Source: Asaia bogorensis (GTDB taxonomy: Bacteria > Pseudomonadota > Alphaproteobacteria > Acetobacterales > Acetobacteraceae). Taken from it: 64,000 bases of DNA. Of this stretch, positions 9,001 through 22,400 are shown piece by piece. The notes under the pieces were generated by a model. The model worked only from the letters and a program-made list of their open reading frames with translations, did not search any database and was not told where the DNA came from. The stretch covers positions 3,131-67,130 of the forward strand of contig CAMATI010000001.1 of the NCBI GenBank assembly GCA_945861095.1, read 5' to 3'. Position numbers and translations under genes: made by a program. The first letter of the stretch is position 1. Every line of letters starts with the position of its first letter.

Positions 9001-12000
9001 AATCGCCACGGCCCGCGTTCTTGCCGCGCTTGCACCATTCTCTGGCCGCATCGACTATGTCTGCACGGATTGCTCTGCGTCCCTGCTGACAGAGGCAAGC
9101 CGCCGGCTGTCCGGCTCACCCGAGTTTGTATCCTTCGCGCGGCTTGACCTGACCTCTTCGGAAACCGCCGACGATGCGATTGGACGGTTCGACATCGTAT
9201 TGGCGGTCAACGCTCTGCATGCCGTGTGCCCCATCGATCGCGCATTGGCGCAACTGGCAGGCCGACTTCGCAGCGGTGGACGACTTGTCATCGGCGAACT
9301 GACGCAAGTACATGACTTCCATACCGTAACCCTGGGACTGCTGCCGGACTGGTGGCGGAACGACCCCGCCCGTACGCAGGCGGGCGCGCTATTGTCCGCG
9401 GAACAGTGGCAGACGGCGCTGCGGACACGGTTTGTCGCGATCGAGACGTCGAAATCAGGCACCCACAGCGTGATCGTTGCGCACGCACCACCCGACCGGC
9501 CCGAAAATGCACCCGCTGACCGGACTCTTCTGGACCTGATCCGCAAGACCATCGCCGACACGATCGAAGCCGACATCGCCATCGTCACCGACGACGCCCG
9601 TTTGGTCGATATCGGGGTCGACTCGCTGGCGGCCAACGACCTTGCTCGCCGGTTGGGAGACGCGCTTCACATCAAAGTCCCGCCGCACGTCATCGACGAC
9701 CATCCGACAGCGGGGCGGTTGGCGCGATACCTGGCCGGGACCGCCACGACCGAGGCGATCAAAGCCCCGCCAATCACGGAACCCACGACATCCGTCAATA
9801 CGCTGCTGGAAACCATCCGCGGTGTCGTGGCAACGGTGGCGGAAATCCAACCGGGTGTCATTGACGACACGGTACGGTTCGTGGACCTGGGTGTCGATTC
9901 CATACTGGCAGGCGACGCCGCGACCTTGCTGTCGGCCCGCCTTGGACGCACGGTTGCAATGACGGCCTTCAATGACCATCCGACACCGGCGCGGCTGGCC
10001 CGGTATCTGGGGGCCGCAAGTTCCGACAACGCCGTCGCGCCGCGGACGCCGACACCAGCCGCCCCGCGTGCGCCCGATTTGGGCGGCAACGAGGATTGGG
10101 TCGTTGCGGAACCCGGAAGTCTCGATGCGCTGAAAAAATGTGCGATCATCCGGACCGCCCCAGGGCCAGGCGAGGTCGAGGTCGAAGCCATCGCCACCGG
10201 TCTGAATTTTCGCGACGTGATGGAAGCGTTGGGCCGCATTGGCAACGAACCGCGCCCATTGGGCCTGGAGTTTTCAGGCCGCATCTCCGCCGTCGGTCGC
10301 GATGTTGTCGGGCTGTCGGTCGGCCAGCCCGTGGTCGGTATCGCCATCGGCAGTCTCCGCCGCCATGTCGTGACGCGCGCCAGTCTGATAGCGCCGAAGC
10401 CGCCCAACCTGACCTTCGCGGAAGCGGCATCGCTGCCGATCGTCTTCCTGACGTCTGTATGGACGATGGAGACCCTCGCGCGACTGGGGGGAGGGCAAAC
10501 AGTGCTGGTGCACGCGGCAACCGGCGGCGTTGGCCTGGCCGCCTTCCAGGTGATCGCAGGCGCCGGGGCGACCATGCTCGGGACCGCCGGAAGCCCACAA
10601 AAGCGCGAACACCTCCATAAACTCGGCGTCACCTGCGTGTCCGACTCGCGCAGTATCGCGTTCGCCGAGGCGGTTCAGGAAGCCACGGCCGGCGCCGGGG
10701 TCGATGTCGTGCTGAATTGTTTGGCTGGGCCCATGACCGACGCGGGACTGCGGTTGGTACGCCCGGGCGGGATTTTTATCGAAATCGGCAAGACCGACAT
10801 CCGCACAGCCGAAGACGTGGCCCGCCTTAACCCTCGCATTCGCTATACGGTTTTCGATCTTCTGGGTGAGATCGATCGGAACCCGGATCTGGTGGGGCGC
10901 AAGCTTAACGCGTTGATGGAACGTTTCGCCAACGGTGACCTGACCGCCCTGCCGGTGTCGTCCTTCCGTTTCGATGACACTCCGACTGCGTTGCGTTTTC
11001 TGGCCCGCGCCCGCCACATCGGCAAGGTCGTGCTGACGGATGAAGCCGTGCCCGTGGCAGCCCCGCCGCCGCGGCCAGTGGAGACCAGCATCGAAAAGCC
11101 GGTGTCAGACACAACGTCCGACGCCCTGGCGATCATCGGCATGGCTGGCAGTTTCCCCGGCGCACCGGATGTCGGTGCGTTCTGGCGCCTGTTGCGAGAC
11201 GGAATCGACGCGATCGGCGAAGTCCCCGACCGGCGCTGGACGGACCGGGAATTCGCGGCGTGCGGCGCCGGGGCCGGCCAGGAAGGCCGCCACCGCACCG
11301 GCGGTTTCATCGCCGACGCCGAATACTTCGACGCTGCCTTCTTCGGTATCTCCCCGCGCGAAGCGCTGTTGATGGACCCGCAACAACGGGTTTTGCTGGA
11401 ACAGACCTGGCTCGCCCTGGCCGACGCCGGACTTGCGGGCGACCAAACGCCCGACCGCCGCACGGGCGTGTTCATCGGTGCGAGCGCCTCGGACTACCCT
11501 CTGAAAGCCGCTTTGGCCGGTATTGCCCCGGACCGTCCCTCGCTCGTTGCTCAAATGCCGTCCTCTCTCGCCGCGCGACTTAGTTATGTTTTCAATTTGA
11601 GGGGCCCGTGCCTGACTGTCGATACAGGGTGTGTATCCGCGATCACCGCGCTCAAACTTGCCATCGATGCCCTGAGGTCCGGGGAAATCGACATGGCCAT
11701 CGCGGGCGCCGTCGCGATCCAAAGCACGCCACAACTGGCTTTGATGGCGGATCAGGCCGCCATCCTGTCCGCGGATGGGCGCTGCCACTCCTTCGCCGCC
11801 GACGGCCAGGGACTGACCCTGTCCGAAGGGGTCGGCGTTTTGGTTCTGAAACGTCTATCCGATGCCATTGCCAATGGCGATGCGGTACATGCGGTGATCC
11901 GTGGTGTCGCGGTCAGCCAGAATGGTGCAACCAATGGAATGAACGTGCCATCGGTGACCGCTCAGGTCGAAGTGGCAAGGGCGGCCTTTGCCAGTGCCGG

Positions 12001-15000
12001 CATCTCTCCTGATTCGGTATCCTATATCGAAGGCCACGGCGTCGGCACACGCGCCGGCGACTCCGCGGAAATCGCGGCATTGAGCGAGGTATTTGGCCGC
12101 CAACAGCCGGTCGCGTTGGGATCGGCGAAAAGCAACATCGGCCATACACTTGCCGCCGCGGGCATGGCGGGAATTTTCAAGGTTGTGTTGCAACTCCGGC
12201 ACAAGACGCTGGTGCCGTCCCTGCATGTCGGATCTGGCGTGTTGCCGGATCTGTCGGCGACCGCGTTGGTCGTCAATACCGGCCTGACCCCATGGCGCGC
12301 GGTTGGCGATCAACCGCGCCGAGCGGCGGTCGTTGCGTTTGGTATCAATGGGGGAAATGGGTTTGTTCTGGTAGAACAAGGAAGACCGCCGCCCCCCCGA
12401 TCACGGGACAGTGTGATGCGGCCGACATTGTTTCTGGTTGCGGGGCGTGACGAAGCGGCGCTGCGGGGTCGCCTTCGCGCCCTTGGAGAATGGCTGTCGG
12501 ACGCCGTCGCGCCTCTGATCGACATTGCCGCGGCGCTTCGTTCAACCGCGGCGGAACTGCCGTGGCGCGCGGCATTCGTTGCATCGGACTCCGGATCGCT
12601 CCGGGAACAGATTTTGGCGGCCGCGGATGGCCAGTCCCTGTCTGGCGCATGCCTCGGATCGGCCAGGACGGGCGATCCCGATACCCGGCCGATCTTCACG
12701 TCCCTGGCAGCCCAACTTTGCGCCGACGCGGCGACAGCGACGGATTCCGACGGACGCGCAAAGCTGCTGGCCGCCGGTCAGCTCTTTGTTGACGGCGCGG
12801 ACTTCGTGGTTCCGACCGACCCCAGTGCTCACGCGGTCCGGACCTTGCCGAATCATCGATTTGACCGTCAGCGCTTCTGGATTGGCGACCCGATCAACGC
12901 CACGATTCCGAATGCGCCGACTGTCTCGGAAGATTCGCGTCTGACCACCTTGCGAGCCGCCGCAGCGGCCGTGCTTCGCCTTCCGGAAGGACAACTGTCA
13001 CCACAGTCCGTCCTGCAACGTCTGGGCCTTGATTCGCTGCTGGCGTTTGAGTTGCGCGACGCCCTCAGGCGCATGATGGGTTCGGCACCCGAGCCGGCAG
13101 TCCTGCTGTCTGCCCGCACACTCGCGGACCTGGCCGCGATCCTGCCCACGCAGAAGACGGAGAACGCGGCCGAGCAGGTCCTGGCCGATCCGGGCCAGCG
13201 GTTCGAACCGTTCCCACTGACGGATATTCAAATGGCCTATTGGCTGGGCCGAACATCCAGGTTCGCGTTGGGCGGACCGTGCCATGTCTACTGGGAATTC
13301 ATCGGCAACCCGGATCGAGATCCGGGCCGTCTGGAAGACGCGTTCAACCGTCTGCTTGTCATGCACGACATGTTGCGCGCGGTCGTCGGGGCCGACGGGC
13401 TGCAGCGGGTTCTGCCGTCGGTCGATCGCTATGAAATCGAACGCCATGACTGGAGGAACCGGAACGACCCGGTGGAAGCCCTGGACGCGCTGCGTGCCGG
13501 CATGGCGCGGGAGCGGTTCGATCCTGAACATTGGCCACTGTTCCATGTCGCCTATAGCCAGGACCGCACGTGTTCCCGCATCCACCTCAGCATCGATCTG
13601 CTGATAATAGACGTCCCCAGCCTGGCAGTAATGCTGAAGCAATGGACCGATCTGGAGAGCGACCCGACCCTGGCACTGGCAACACCCGCGATCGGCTACC
13701 GCGACTATGTGTTGCACCAGAAGCAACAGGAGACCACGGCCGGCTACCAGGCGGCTCTGGCTTATTGGAGCAAGCGTGCGCCGACGCTGCCGCCCGCCCC
13801 TATCCTGCCGGAAATGAAGCCCTTGGATGCCCGTTCCGATTGGACATGGCGGCGCCATCACGCGACTCTGGACGCAGACGCCTGGCGGGCATTACTGAGT
13901 CATGCTCGATCAACAGGCGTCACGCCGGTCGTTGCGCTGGTTTCCGCGTTCGGCGAAGTCATCGCTCGGTGGGCCGCCCGTCCACATTTCAGCCTTAACC
14001 TGACGGTGAATGACAGGGACAGAATTCACCCTGACATTCCTTCGGTCATAGGAGACTTCACTTCAACAGTCCTGCTCGGCTTTGATGGTACGCAGACGCT
14101 GGCCTTCGGACCGCGAGCCTTGGCGGTCGGACAGGAGCTTGCGAACCACCTCGGGCATGCCCGGTTTTCCGGTGTGAAGGTGCTGCAACTGCGCCCCGCG
14201 GGCGCCGATCCAACGCTGATGCCGGTTGTATTTACAAGCATGCTTGGCTACGGAGCGCTGTCCGGATCCCTCGGGCGCCTGGACTTCGGTGCAACGCAGA
14301 CACCACAAGTATGGCTGGACGTCCAGGTCATGGAAAGCGATGGTGCCCTGGTCGTCACGTGGGATGCGATCGACGGTCTGTTTCCCGACGGCCTGATCGC
14401 CACGATGTTTGCCGCCTGGGTCGCGGCGTTGAATGCGCTGGCCGAGCAGGGAGAACTTTGGGAAAGGCCTCTGTCTGCCTGGTTGGATCACGCGGAACGG
14501 GCACGTCGGGACCGGCGGAATGCGACGGACTGTCCCGTGGCCGAAGGGTTGTTGCACGAACCGTTCCTGCGCCAGGCGCTTGACCATCCCGACCACATTG
14601 CCGTCGTAGCGCCAGACGCAACGATTACCTACGGCGACCTGCTCCGTCACGCCGAAGCAATTTCTTTGTCTTTGGGCACCGTCGAACCCAATCGTCTGGT
14701 TGCGGTCGTGCTTCCGAAGGGGTGGCAGCAGATTGCCGCGGCAATTGGAATCCTGATGTCAGGTGGTGCCTATCTGCCCATCGATCCCGCCCTCCCGGAG
14801 GCGCGACGACATCATCTGTTGGTCAGAGGCGAGGTCGCCACGGTGCTGACCTCCAGCACAACCGCCGTGTCCTGCCCGACGGGCGTGCGGATCGTAGAGG
14901 TCGATCGCCTGCCGCCGGCGCCGGCATCGGCCGGGATGCCGAAGCGCCGGGCAAGTCCGCATGACCTGGCCTATGTGATATTCACGTCCGGGTCTACCGG

Positions 15001-16435
15001 AGAGCCCAAGGGCGTTATGATCGAGCATCGATCCGCCTTGAATACGGTTATCGACGTCAATGAGCGCTATTCGGTTACGCCGCGTGACCGGGTACTGGGC
15101 CTGTCCGCCCTCGGCTTCGATCTGTCCGTGTATGACATTTTCGGTATATTGGGCGCGGGCGGCGTTCTCGTGCTGCCCACCCAAAAGTCCATCGGTGATC
15201 CCGACCATCTCGCTCGGCTTGTGCTCGATCACAACGTGACGATCTGGAACTCCGTGCCGATGTTCATGCAGTTGTTCGTATCGGCCGAACAGGCGACCGA
15301 AGCGCTGCAAGGACTCCGCCTGGTCATGATGAGCGGCGATTGGATCCCGATAGGGTTGCCCCCTCGCCTGCACCAGGCAAACCCGGCATTGGATGTTGTC
15401 AGTCTGGGTGGCGCAACCGAAGCATCCATATGGTCGATTGCCTATACGGTAGGATCGCAGGATCCGACATGGGCCAGCGTTCCCTACGGGTTTCCGATGC
15501 GAAACCAGAGATTTCACGTGCTGGACGATGATATGGCCGACTGCCTGGATGGCATGTCAGGCGAATTGTATATCGCGGGGGTCGGCTTGGCGCGCGGATA
15601 TTGGCGCGACAAGGACACCACGGACGCACGCTTCGTGCGGCATCCCGTCACCGGAGAGCGCTTGTATCGCACCGGCGACCACGGGCGCTACCGCGACGAC
15701 GGGGTGATCGAATTCCTGGGACGGGTCGACGGGCAAGTCAAACTCGGCGGCTTTCGCATCGAACTCGGAGAGATTGAAGCGTCGCTCGCGCGACATCCCG
15801 GCATTCGACAGGCAGTGGTCGTAGTGCGGGGCGGCCGCACCGATCACAAGTCGCTGGCTGCCTTCTTCGTGAGCGAGGCGGCCAATCCGCCCGATGCGTC
15901 CGACCTGCGCGCCTATCTTGGAACGTCATTGCCCAATTACATGATCCCATCGACCTTCGAACGCCTGACAGCCCTGCCGCTGAACTCCAATGAAAAGGTC
16001 GATCGCAAGACTTTGGCGATGTGGAAGCAACCCGGCGCGGCGGGTTTCCAGGAGATCAGACTGCCGCAGGCGATCGCTGCACCCGCGGTGCGGGCGGCCG
16101 AACTGGAAGAGCGCATATTGGCGATCTGGAAAGAAGTGCTGGGCAATCCGACCCTGCCCGCCGATGGGAAGCTCTTTGAACACGGCGCCCATTCGTTTCA
16201 CGCCGTCGACGCCAATGCCCGTATCAATCGTGCGCTGCGGATCGGATGCACCGTCACCGATATTTTCGAGTTCGCGACCGTACGGGCGCTGGCGGAAGCC
16301 CTGGCGAGCCGTCAAACCTCTCAACCGACGGTCAGCGACGCGCCCGTCGCAGCACAGATCAATGGCCATGCCATGCCACGAAGCCCGTCCCGCGGACAGC
16401 GGCGCCTTCAGTATCGCTCGTCACCGTCGGCCTAG
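6011..16435 (+). CDS. Hybrid PKS-NRPS 1: KS-[AT remnant]-cMT-ACP-ACP-ER-KS-ACP-Cy-A(Cys)-PCP
   Basis: Start ATG 6011 after GGATAGG. KS1 DAACAGS/HGTGT/GHLE (~6017-7290); c[10 protein letters not shown] (~8460-9490); ACPs GVDSL and GVDSI (~9520-10020); ER LNFRDV and HAATGGVG (~10090-11040); KS2 DTGCVS/HGVGT/GHT (~11120-12385); ACP GLDSL (~12940-13145); Cy [34 protein letters not shown] (~13200-14500); A domain [22 protein letters not shown] with hand-read code DLYNMSLIWK (~14540-16030); PCP GAHS (~16110-16310). Confidence 0.92.
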   Translation: MGAVAVIGMACRLPGAETCEQFWTNLTDRKDCIREIPPDRWDTNRYYSPDAGQDGTSNSKWAGLLDQVDRFDNQLFGISAREARSMDPQQRLLLEEAWHCLEDAGIPHARLREKVTAVYVGAMTIDYHQNVTSPFVVPDSYSCLGNYVGILANRLSNVFGWRGESYTLDAACAGSLTALHQARRALLLGECDYAVVAGVSLIINPWHYVSFGKSRMLSPTGACRAFDRDANGYVPGEGVSVMLLCRDDVARQNGYRVHGKVLGTATGHVGASDSITAPSVAAQRRVVEDAAAAAGVDLHTISYIEAHGTGTPLGDPIEVAALTEALTREGPRTSPCLIGSVKTSIGHLEAAAGLAGVAKVLLMMRHRTIVPTLNLAHTNPLIDFETGPLRPASRITPWTAPIMRAGVSGFGFGGTNAHAILEGVEPPDDMVSHDEVALPFVLSARSAVSFQALWLAWRDFVATPAFAAMSLRDAIGTLALGREALPYRWAAVIADKADLRRMFADAPPEPTKSDGAPNILVQCDRTNPAAMEQVTLMRRLGVQVVAIEYTGSDDGTEQANVHDLPLYTRASGHLRLPWALDATYLAALRDELHAPSGADFDSLVLRSRDLIGTNFTFRNYLTDWQRALGPHGDPFAWLETPPTDHLSRRLMLLALTAAHRRLRRRWQLPDHSEFTSEAGDELSALIADELLREDEAVALLTGAASDAARLAVLAAGRALSACRSFDCPILVRHSAERAGIVAMTTPPGDLTIPVAGRRVLGLLAELWQSGASVNWAELDASRRVVSLPLYPFDTSRHWIDLRPDLPVPAADAPAPPLSDFDQLNAYAANLVFLALTRAGAITELGIGLARSAIVQRCLRLQKHQPLLDACIDILARHKLVSLDSQQVRALTNHKDAAASADGLRRSIDSSPDLAAIARIVENCVNRLPDVLGGDLPAEDVLFPQGQTETVEHLLTAYQDAQDALAATASAVLVAVTDLLDNTEGQRLRILEVGSGTGIATARVLAALAPFSGRIDYVCTDCSASLLTEASRRLSGSPEFVSFARLDLTSSETADDAIGRFDIVLAVNALHAVCPIDRALAQLAGRLRSGGRLVIGELTQVHDFHTVTLGLLPDWWRNDPARTQAGALLSAEQWQTALRTRFVAIETSKSGTHSVIVAHAPPDRPENAPADRTLLDLIRKTIADTIEADIAIVTDDARLVDIGVDSLAANDLARRLGDALHIKVPPHVIDDHPTAGRLARYLAGTATTEAIKAPPITEPTTSVNTLLETIRGVVATVAEIQPGVIDDTVRFVDLGVDSILAGDAATLLSARLGRTVAMTAFNDHPTPARLARYLGAASSDNAVAPRTPTPAAPRAPDLGGNEDWVVAEPGSLDALKKCAIIRTAPGPGEVEVEAIATGLNFRDVMEALGRIGNEPRPLGLEFSGRISAVGRDVVGLSVGQPVVGIAIGSLRRHVVTRASLIAPKPPNLTFAEAASLPIVFLTSVWTMETLARLGGGQTVLVHAATGGVGLAAFQVIAGAGATMLGTAGSPQKREHLHKLGVTCVSDSRSIAFAEAVQEATAGAGVDVVLNCLAGPMTDAGLRLVRPGGIFIEIGKTDIRTAEDVARLNPRIRYTVFDLLGEIDRNPDLVGRKLNALMERFANGDLTALPVSSFRFDDTPTALRFLARARHIGKVVLTDEAVPVAAPPPRPVETSIEKPVSDTTSDALAIIGMAGSFPGAPDVGAFWRLLRDGIDAIGEVPDRRWTDREFAACGAGAGQEGRHRTGGFIADAEYFDAAFFGISPREALLMDPQQRVLLEQTWLALADAGLAGDQTPDRRTGVFIGASASDYPLKAALAGIAPDRPSLVAQMPSSLAARLSYVFNLRGPCLTVDTGCVSAITALKLAIDALRSGEIDMAIAGAVAIQSTPQLALMADQAAILSADGRCHSFAADGQGLTLSEGVGVLVLKRLSDAIANGDAVHAVIRGVAVSQNGATNGMNVPSVTAQVEVARAAFASAGISPDSVSYIEGHGVGTRAGDSAEIAALSEVFGRQQPVALGSAKSNIGHTLAAAGMAGIFKVVLQLRHKTLVPSLHVGSGVLPDLSATALVVNTGLTPWRAVGDQPRRAAVVAFGINGGNGFVLVEQGRPPPPRSRDSVMRPTLFLVAGRDEAALRGRLRALGEWLSDAVAPLIDIAAALRSTAAELPWRAAFVASDSGSLREQILAAADGQSLSGACLGSARTGDPDTRPIFTSLAAQLCADAATATDSDGRAKLLAAGQLFVDGADFVVPTDPSAHAVRTLPNHRFDRQRFWIGDPINATIPNAPTVSEDSRLTTLRAAAAAVLRLPEGQLSPQSVLQRLGLDSLLAFELRDALRRMMGSAPEPAVLLSARTLADLAAILPTQKTENAAEQVLADPGQRFEPFPLTDIQMAYWLGRTSRFALGGPCHVYWEFIGNPDRDPGRLEDAFNRLLVMHDMLRAVVGADGLQRVLPSVDRYEIERHDWRNRNDPVEALDALRAGMARERFDPEHWPLFHVAYSQDRTCSRIHLSIDLLIIDVPSLAVMLKQWTDLESDPTLALATPAIGYRDYVLHQKQQETTAGYQAALAYWSKRAPTLPPAPILPEMKPLDARSDWTWRRHHATLDADAWRALLSHARSTGVTPVVALVSAFGEVIARWAARPHFSLNLTVNDRDRIHPDIPSVIGDFTSTVLLGFDGTQTLAFGPRALAVGQELANHLGHARFSGVKVLQLRPAGADPTLMPVVFTSMLGYGALSGSLGRLDFGATQTPQVWLDVQVMESDGALVVTWDAIDGLFPDGLIATMFAAWVAALNALAEQGELWERPLSAWLDHAERARRDRRNATDCPVAEGLLHEPFLRQALDHPDHIAVVAPDATITYGDLLRHAEAISLSLGTVEPNRLVAVVLPKGWQQIAAAIGILMSGGAYLPIDPALPEARRHHLLVRGEVATVLTSSTTAVSCPTGVRIVEVDRLPPAPASAGMPKRRASPHDLAYVIFTSGSTGEPKGVMIEHRSALNTVIDVNERYSVTPRDRVLGLSALGFDLSVYDIFGILGAGGVLVLPTQKSIGDPDHLARLVLDHNVTIWNSVPMFMQLFVSAEQATEALQGLRLVMMSGDWIPIGLPPRLHQANPALDVVSLGGATEASIWSIAYTVGSQDPTWASVPYGFPMRNQRFHVLDDDMADCLDGMSGELYIAGVGLARGYWRDKDTTDARFVRHPVTGERLYRTGDHGRYRDDGVIEFLGRVDGQVKLGGFRIELGEIEASLARHPGIRQAVVVVRGGRTDHKSLAAFFVSEAANPPDASDLRAYLGTSLPNYMIPSTFERLTALPLNSNEKVDRKTLAMWKQPGAAGFQEIRLPQAIAAPAVRAAELEERILAIWKEVLGNPTLPADGKLFEHGAHSFHAVDANARINRALRIGCTVTDIFEFATVRALAEALASRQTSQPTVSDAPVAAQINGHAMPRSPSRGQRRLQYRSSPSA

Positions 16436-16447
16436 GAAACGTTACGT

Positions 16448-19400
16448 ATGACCGCAGACGAAACCGAAACTGGCGTTGACGGCATTGCCATTATTGGCAT
16501 GGCGGCGCGATTGCCTGGCGCCGCCGACGTCGATGCATATTGGAACAATCTGACCAAGGGCATTTCCGCCATTCGCGGAGCCACCGACGGGGAACTGCTG
16601 GCGGCTGGATTCTCGCCGGAAGACCTTGCGAACCCGAATCTCGTTCGCGCCTTCGGGTGGCTCGACGGCGTTGCCAATTTCGATGCGCGATTCTTTGGCT
16701 ATCCGCCGGCCCGAGCAGAAGGTCTGGACCCTCAACAGCGATTGTTGCTTGAAGTCGCCTGGCACGCCTTGGAGCATGCCGGCTACGCACCTGGCACCCA
16801 TGGCGGCACCGTGGGTACATATCTGTCGATTACCCAAAGCACTTACCACCCCGAACAGGAACCCGATCTGGCGGACAGCTTCTTTGCACTGACATCGCGT
16901 GACAAAGACTATGCGGCGTCCCGTATTGCTTACAAACTGGACTTGACCGGCCCAAGCCTGATGATCCAATCCGCATCATCCGGTTCGCTCGCCGCGGTTC
17001 ATGCGGCTGTGGAAGCGCTCCTCAGCGGCCAGTGCGACATCGCTTTGGCTGGTGGCTGTTCAATTTCGCTCCCGCAGGGGGCATATCGACACGCGCCGGG
17101 ATTGATGCTGTCGGCATCCGGCACCTGTCGCGCGTTCGATGCGGGGGCGGATGGAGCGGTTCCCGGCAATGGTCTTGGTATTGTCGTCCTGAAGCCACTG
17201 GCGCAGGCGATGGCCGATTCAGACACGATCTATGCCGTGATTCGCGGTTCGGCGCTGAACAACGATGGCGCACGAAAGTCGGATTATCTGGCACCCAGTG
17301 TCAGTGGTCAGGCGCGGGTTGTCGGCGAAGCCTTGGCTGTCGCTGACATCGATCCAGAAACAGTCGGATATATCGAAACCCATGGCACCGGCACGTTGAT
17401 CGGCGATCCGATAGAGATCCGTGGCCTGGCCCAGGTATTCTCCGGCGGTGCGCCAATCGCCCGCCGCTGCGCCCTGGGTTCCGCGAAACCAAGTATCGGC
17501 CACCTGCACGTCGCCAGTGGTGTCGCCGGACTGATCAAGGCAGCCCTCGCTGTATATCATGGTGTCATCCCCCCGAGCCTGAATTTTCATGAAGGGAACC
17601 CCGAAGCCCAGTTCCAAGCGACGCCGTTTTACGTCAACACGCGTCTGACGGGTTGGCCGTCAGACGGGCCAAGACGAGCCGGGGTCAGTGCGTTCGGTCT
17701 GGGTGGGACGAACGTGCATGTGGTACTGGAACAGGCACCGCCGCTCCTCCCGGCGGTTCCGCCACCGATCCGAATGCCCCTGGCCCTGGTGCTCAGCGCC
17801 AAGACGTCCGCCGCACTGGACCGCATCCGGACTTCCCTGGCGGAGTATCTGCGTTCGACTCCGTCCGCGCGACTTACGGACGTAGCCTGGACGCTGGCGG
17901 CCGGACGCCAACGGTTTGAGCACAGAACGGTGGTTCTGTCCGAGAACCATCAGGATGCGATCGATGCTCTGGACGGGTCCGCAACGATGCCCGATGACTC
18001 GACCGGCCCCATGGCGGATGTCGCGCGGGCATGGCTGGCCGGGCAGGTTGTTGACTGGAAGCCCTTGTTCGCGGGAACCGATCCACGCCGCATCCCACTG
18101 CCGCTTTATCCGTTCGAGCCGGTGGCGCATTGGTCGTCCGCACCGCGCCAGCGGCAGGTTCCAGCCGCTGCACCGCCAGCCCGGGAGATCGAGCCCGCCC
18201 TACTCCCATGGTTGCAGGAACGTGTCGGCGAAGTCCTGCACCAGAGTCCAACCGAGCTCGATCCCGACACGACATACGAGGCCTTCGGCATCGACTCCCT
18301 GCTGGTCAACACCATTACGCAAACATTGCAGAGGCGGTTCCCGAAACTCGCCGCGACGGTCTTGTTTGAGTACAACACGTTACGACGACTGGCAGCCTAT
18401 CTGGCCGGCGCCGAACCGACAGCGTCCATCGGGACCGCCCGCCCGTCCAACCCGGGGTGTGACGGTATCGCGGTGATCGGCATGGCCGGTCGCTACCCGG
18501 GCGGAAATGACATAGAGGCGTTCTGGGAAAACCTTCAACAGGGTCGAAGCGCGATCTCCGAGGTGCCGTCGGACCGATGGGACTGGCGCCAGCATGTCGA
18601 TCCGGATCGGAAAGACCGTAGCTACACGCAGTGGGGCGGCTTCATCACTGACGTGGACAAGTTCGATCCACTTTTTTTCGGTATTTCTCCAAGAGAAGCC
18701 CGGTTTCTGGACCCGCAACAGCGCTTAATTCTGGAAATGGCCTGGTCCGCGATTGAAGATGCCGGTCATACCCGTAAGAGCCTGAAGCGGACCGCCGGTG
18801 GGTCCGGCGATGTCGGGGTGTTTATCGGCGCGATGCACAATGCCTACCGCCTACTAGCGATGGACGCGGTGGCGTCCGGTCAACTGGTGCAGTCCAATCA
18901 CTGGTCTATCGCCAATCGCGTTTCGTATCATTTCGATTTTACAGGGCCAAGTCTGACGGTTGACACCGCATGTTCCGCGTCGCTTTCCGCCATCCATTTG
19001 GCCTGCGAAAGCCTGCGCCGTGGAGAGTGCGGAGCGGCATTGGTTGGCGGCATCAGTCTGATACTGCACCCGCAACAACCTTTGGAATTGTGCCGAGCGG
19101 GCATGTTGTCGAAGGGAACGGATTGCAGCGCATTCGGGGAAGCCGCCGACGGCTTCGTGCAGGGCGAAGGCGTGGGCGTGGTGGTGCTCAAGCCGGTAGC
19201 CGCGGCCATCGCGGACGGGGACCGCATCCTTGCCGTGATCCGTGGGTCGGCCATGAACGCGGGTGGCAAGACATCCGGCTATACAGTGCCGAACCCTCAC
19301 GCCCAGGCATCGGTCGTTGAATCCGCCCTGAGACAGGCTGATTTACCGGCTAGCAGTATCGGGTATGTCGAATGCCACGGCACCGGCACAAGCCTGGGAG

Positions 19401-22400
19401 ACCCGATCGAAATCGCCGGCCTTACGGATGCATTTACGCGTGTCGGCGGGCACGGATTTCGCTGCTCGATCGGCTCGGTCAAGTCGAATATTGGTCACCT
19501 CGAATCCGCCGCTGGGATCGCTGGTCTGACCAAAACCATCCTCCAACTTACCCATCAACAGCTTGTGCCGTCGCTCCACTCCAGCCCGGAGAACCCACGC
19601 ATTGATTTCGGGGATGGTGCGTTTCAGGTGCAACGAACGACAGCCCCTTGGCGCCCCCCCGCGGGAGGTCGCCTACGCGCGGGCGTAAGTTCCTTCGGAG
19701 CCGGCGGTGCGAATGTCCATGTGATTCTGGAACAGGCCCCGGATCCAAACCCTACAGCGCCGTTGGCCGGGCCTTTCCTGGTGCCGCTATCCGCGCGGAC
19801 TCCGGAACAACTTTTGATCATCGCGACAAGGCTTCGACATTGGTTGCAATCGAAACCGGCCGTCATTGCCGACGTTGCCTATACGTTGGCCGTGGGGCGG
19901 GAACCGATGGAGGTCCGCGCCGCGTTGCTGGTCATGGATACCCCTGACCTGCTGAGGCAACTCGGCGATCTCGTCTACCGGCCGACAACCGCTTTCACAG
20001 ACATCGCCGCGGTTGAGCCCGCACTTGCACGCGGAGACCTGCACGCTCTCGCCGATTTCTGGCGTTCCGGCCTTACCATCGACTGGGCTCGGCTTTATCC
20101 CACGCGGGCTCGGCGCCGGCTGGCACTGCCAACCTACCCATTCCTGCGGGAACGCCATTGGCTGCCGGATGTGGGTCCGGCCACACCCAAGCCGTCTTCC
20201 CTGCTGGGTGACGCCATCCCAACTCTTGCCGCGGAAGCCCGATGGCAGGTTCCCCTGGACGCGAGCCAGCCAGTGCTTTCGAACCACGTCGTCGCTGGAC
20301 AGCCGACTCTACCCGGTGTTGCAACCATCGAGTTGGCAGTGGAAGCTGCGATCCGTCTCGGCATGGGGCACCAGCTACAAATCCGCAACCTGACGTGGCT
20401 GCGACCGCTGACGTCTCCCGATCGGTCCCCCGGCCAGTTCGTGATGAGAACGACCAACGGAGCGACCCGGTTCGACTTGCTCCAGGACGCGAAGATCATG
20501 GCGGCGGGAGTGATCGCCCCCATCACGAACGAACCCGATCGATGCAAACCCGATCCATCCGGCAACCCGCGACCCGGCGACCACCTCTATGCTGGGCTTG
20601 AAGCCCGAAGCCTAAGTTATGGACCGGCGTTCCGCACCATCGAAACCTTCGAGGTTCATGGACGGACAGCTGTCGCGGTCGCACGTTCCACCGGTGCTTT
20701 CGAATCCTGTCGGTTGGACCTGGGATTATTGGACGCTGCCCTTCAATTGACAGCCGCGCTGATGGACGACCAGGCGCAAGGACTTACCCTGCCCTTCGCG
20801 GTCGACAGCGTGGACATCATTGCGCGACCGTCCACACCCTGCCGTTTGGTCGCCAGACGTATTGACCACGGAGCCGAACCGGGCGTCGTACGATTTGATT
20901 CGATGATCACCGACATGGAAGGCCGGCCGAGCATCGTCATGCATGGGGTGGCGGGCCGCGTGATACAGCGGCCGACGCAGAGCGGTCCGCCGGTCTATCG
21001 ACCCGTGTGGCAGTTGGGTCCAACCACGGCCGCAATCACGCCGGCATCAGCCCCGCTGATAGTTTCAGGCGATACCGACCCTCTGAGACCGGCCTTGGCC
21101 GCCGCGCTGCCAGGAAGCCAACTGGTCAGGGACCTGATGTCCCGGGACCGCGGTGCCCCGTTGCCGGACCATGTCATTTTCAGTTGCGTGGATGACCCCG
21201 CGTCGGTTGATTTACTGTTCCGCACACTTCAGGCGTTGGCCCGAGAGACAAATGTCAAGCCAGTCGTCTTGACGGTCCTGTCGCTGCGCCCGGATGGACA
21301 GGCGTCACCCTGGTCCGCCGCGGCCATCGGCTTGGCACGGGTTGCCGCGCACGAGTTTCCGTCGTGGTCGGTCCGCTGCCTCACACTCGACTCCCCAACC
21401 GCACTGCCCGCCGCAATCGCGGATCCCGGCGATCCGCTCGGCCGTGAGATTTCATTCCAACGTGGCCGACGGTTTGTCCGCGCGCTGGAACCGATCGGGA
21501 TCGTTGCCAGACCGTCGGTCATTCGACAAGAAGGCGTCTACGTCATACTGGGCGGGGCTGGTGGGATTGGCCTGGAACTGGCGACCCACCTGGCAACCCG
21601 GTATCGCGCCAAAGTAGCCCTGATAGGGCGAAGCCGACCGGACGCGGTCCGGGAAGCCCGCATTGCCGCACTGGACGGCGCCGTCGCGTTCTTTGCCGCC
21701 GATGCATGCGATTCAACCGACATGCGCGAAGCGATTGCCCGGGTTCGCGACCGCTTTGGCCCCATCCAAGGAGCTATCCATTCCGCAATCGTCATGGATG
21801 ACCAGGCGCTCGGCCGCATGACGGATGCGGCTTTCCACGCGGCCCTGGACGTCAAGACTCTAGGGACCATCAACCTGGTCGATGCATTGGCGGACCAACC
21901 GTTGGACTGGCTTGCCCTGTTCTCTTCGGCCAATTCGTTTGCCGCGAATGCCGGACAAGCCAACTACGTCGCGGGTTGCGCATTCAAGGACGCCTACGCG
22001 GAAATCGCCCAGGCCCGCCTCGGTTGCAAAGTCCGCGTGATCAACTGGGGTTTCTGGGGGGAGGTTGGACGCGTTGCCGACCCGACCTATCGGGCGCTGC
22101 TGGAAAAGCGGGGGGTCAACCCCATCGGAACAGCCGAAGGTATTGCCGCTTTCGAGCAAGCTCTGGCCGCCGATGACCCCCAGGTCATGGTACTGAAAGC
22201 GGAAGACCACGTGTTGCGGCAATTGGGTGTCCTGGACGTTTCGTCTCCGTCGCAACCAGTCGAACGGGCCCTGGCGGCGCACGCTGAACTGGATCGCTTT
22301 ACCCGCGCTACCTTGTGCTGTTGGGCAGCCGAAAATAACCTGCGTCCGACTGATATCGCCCCAAAGCACCAACGGGTGTTTTCGGCGCTGTCAGATCTGA

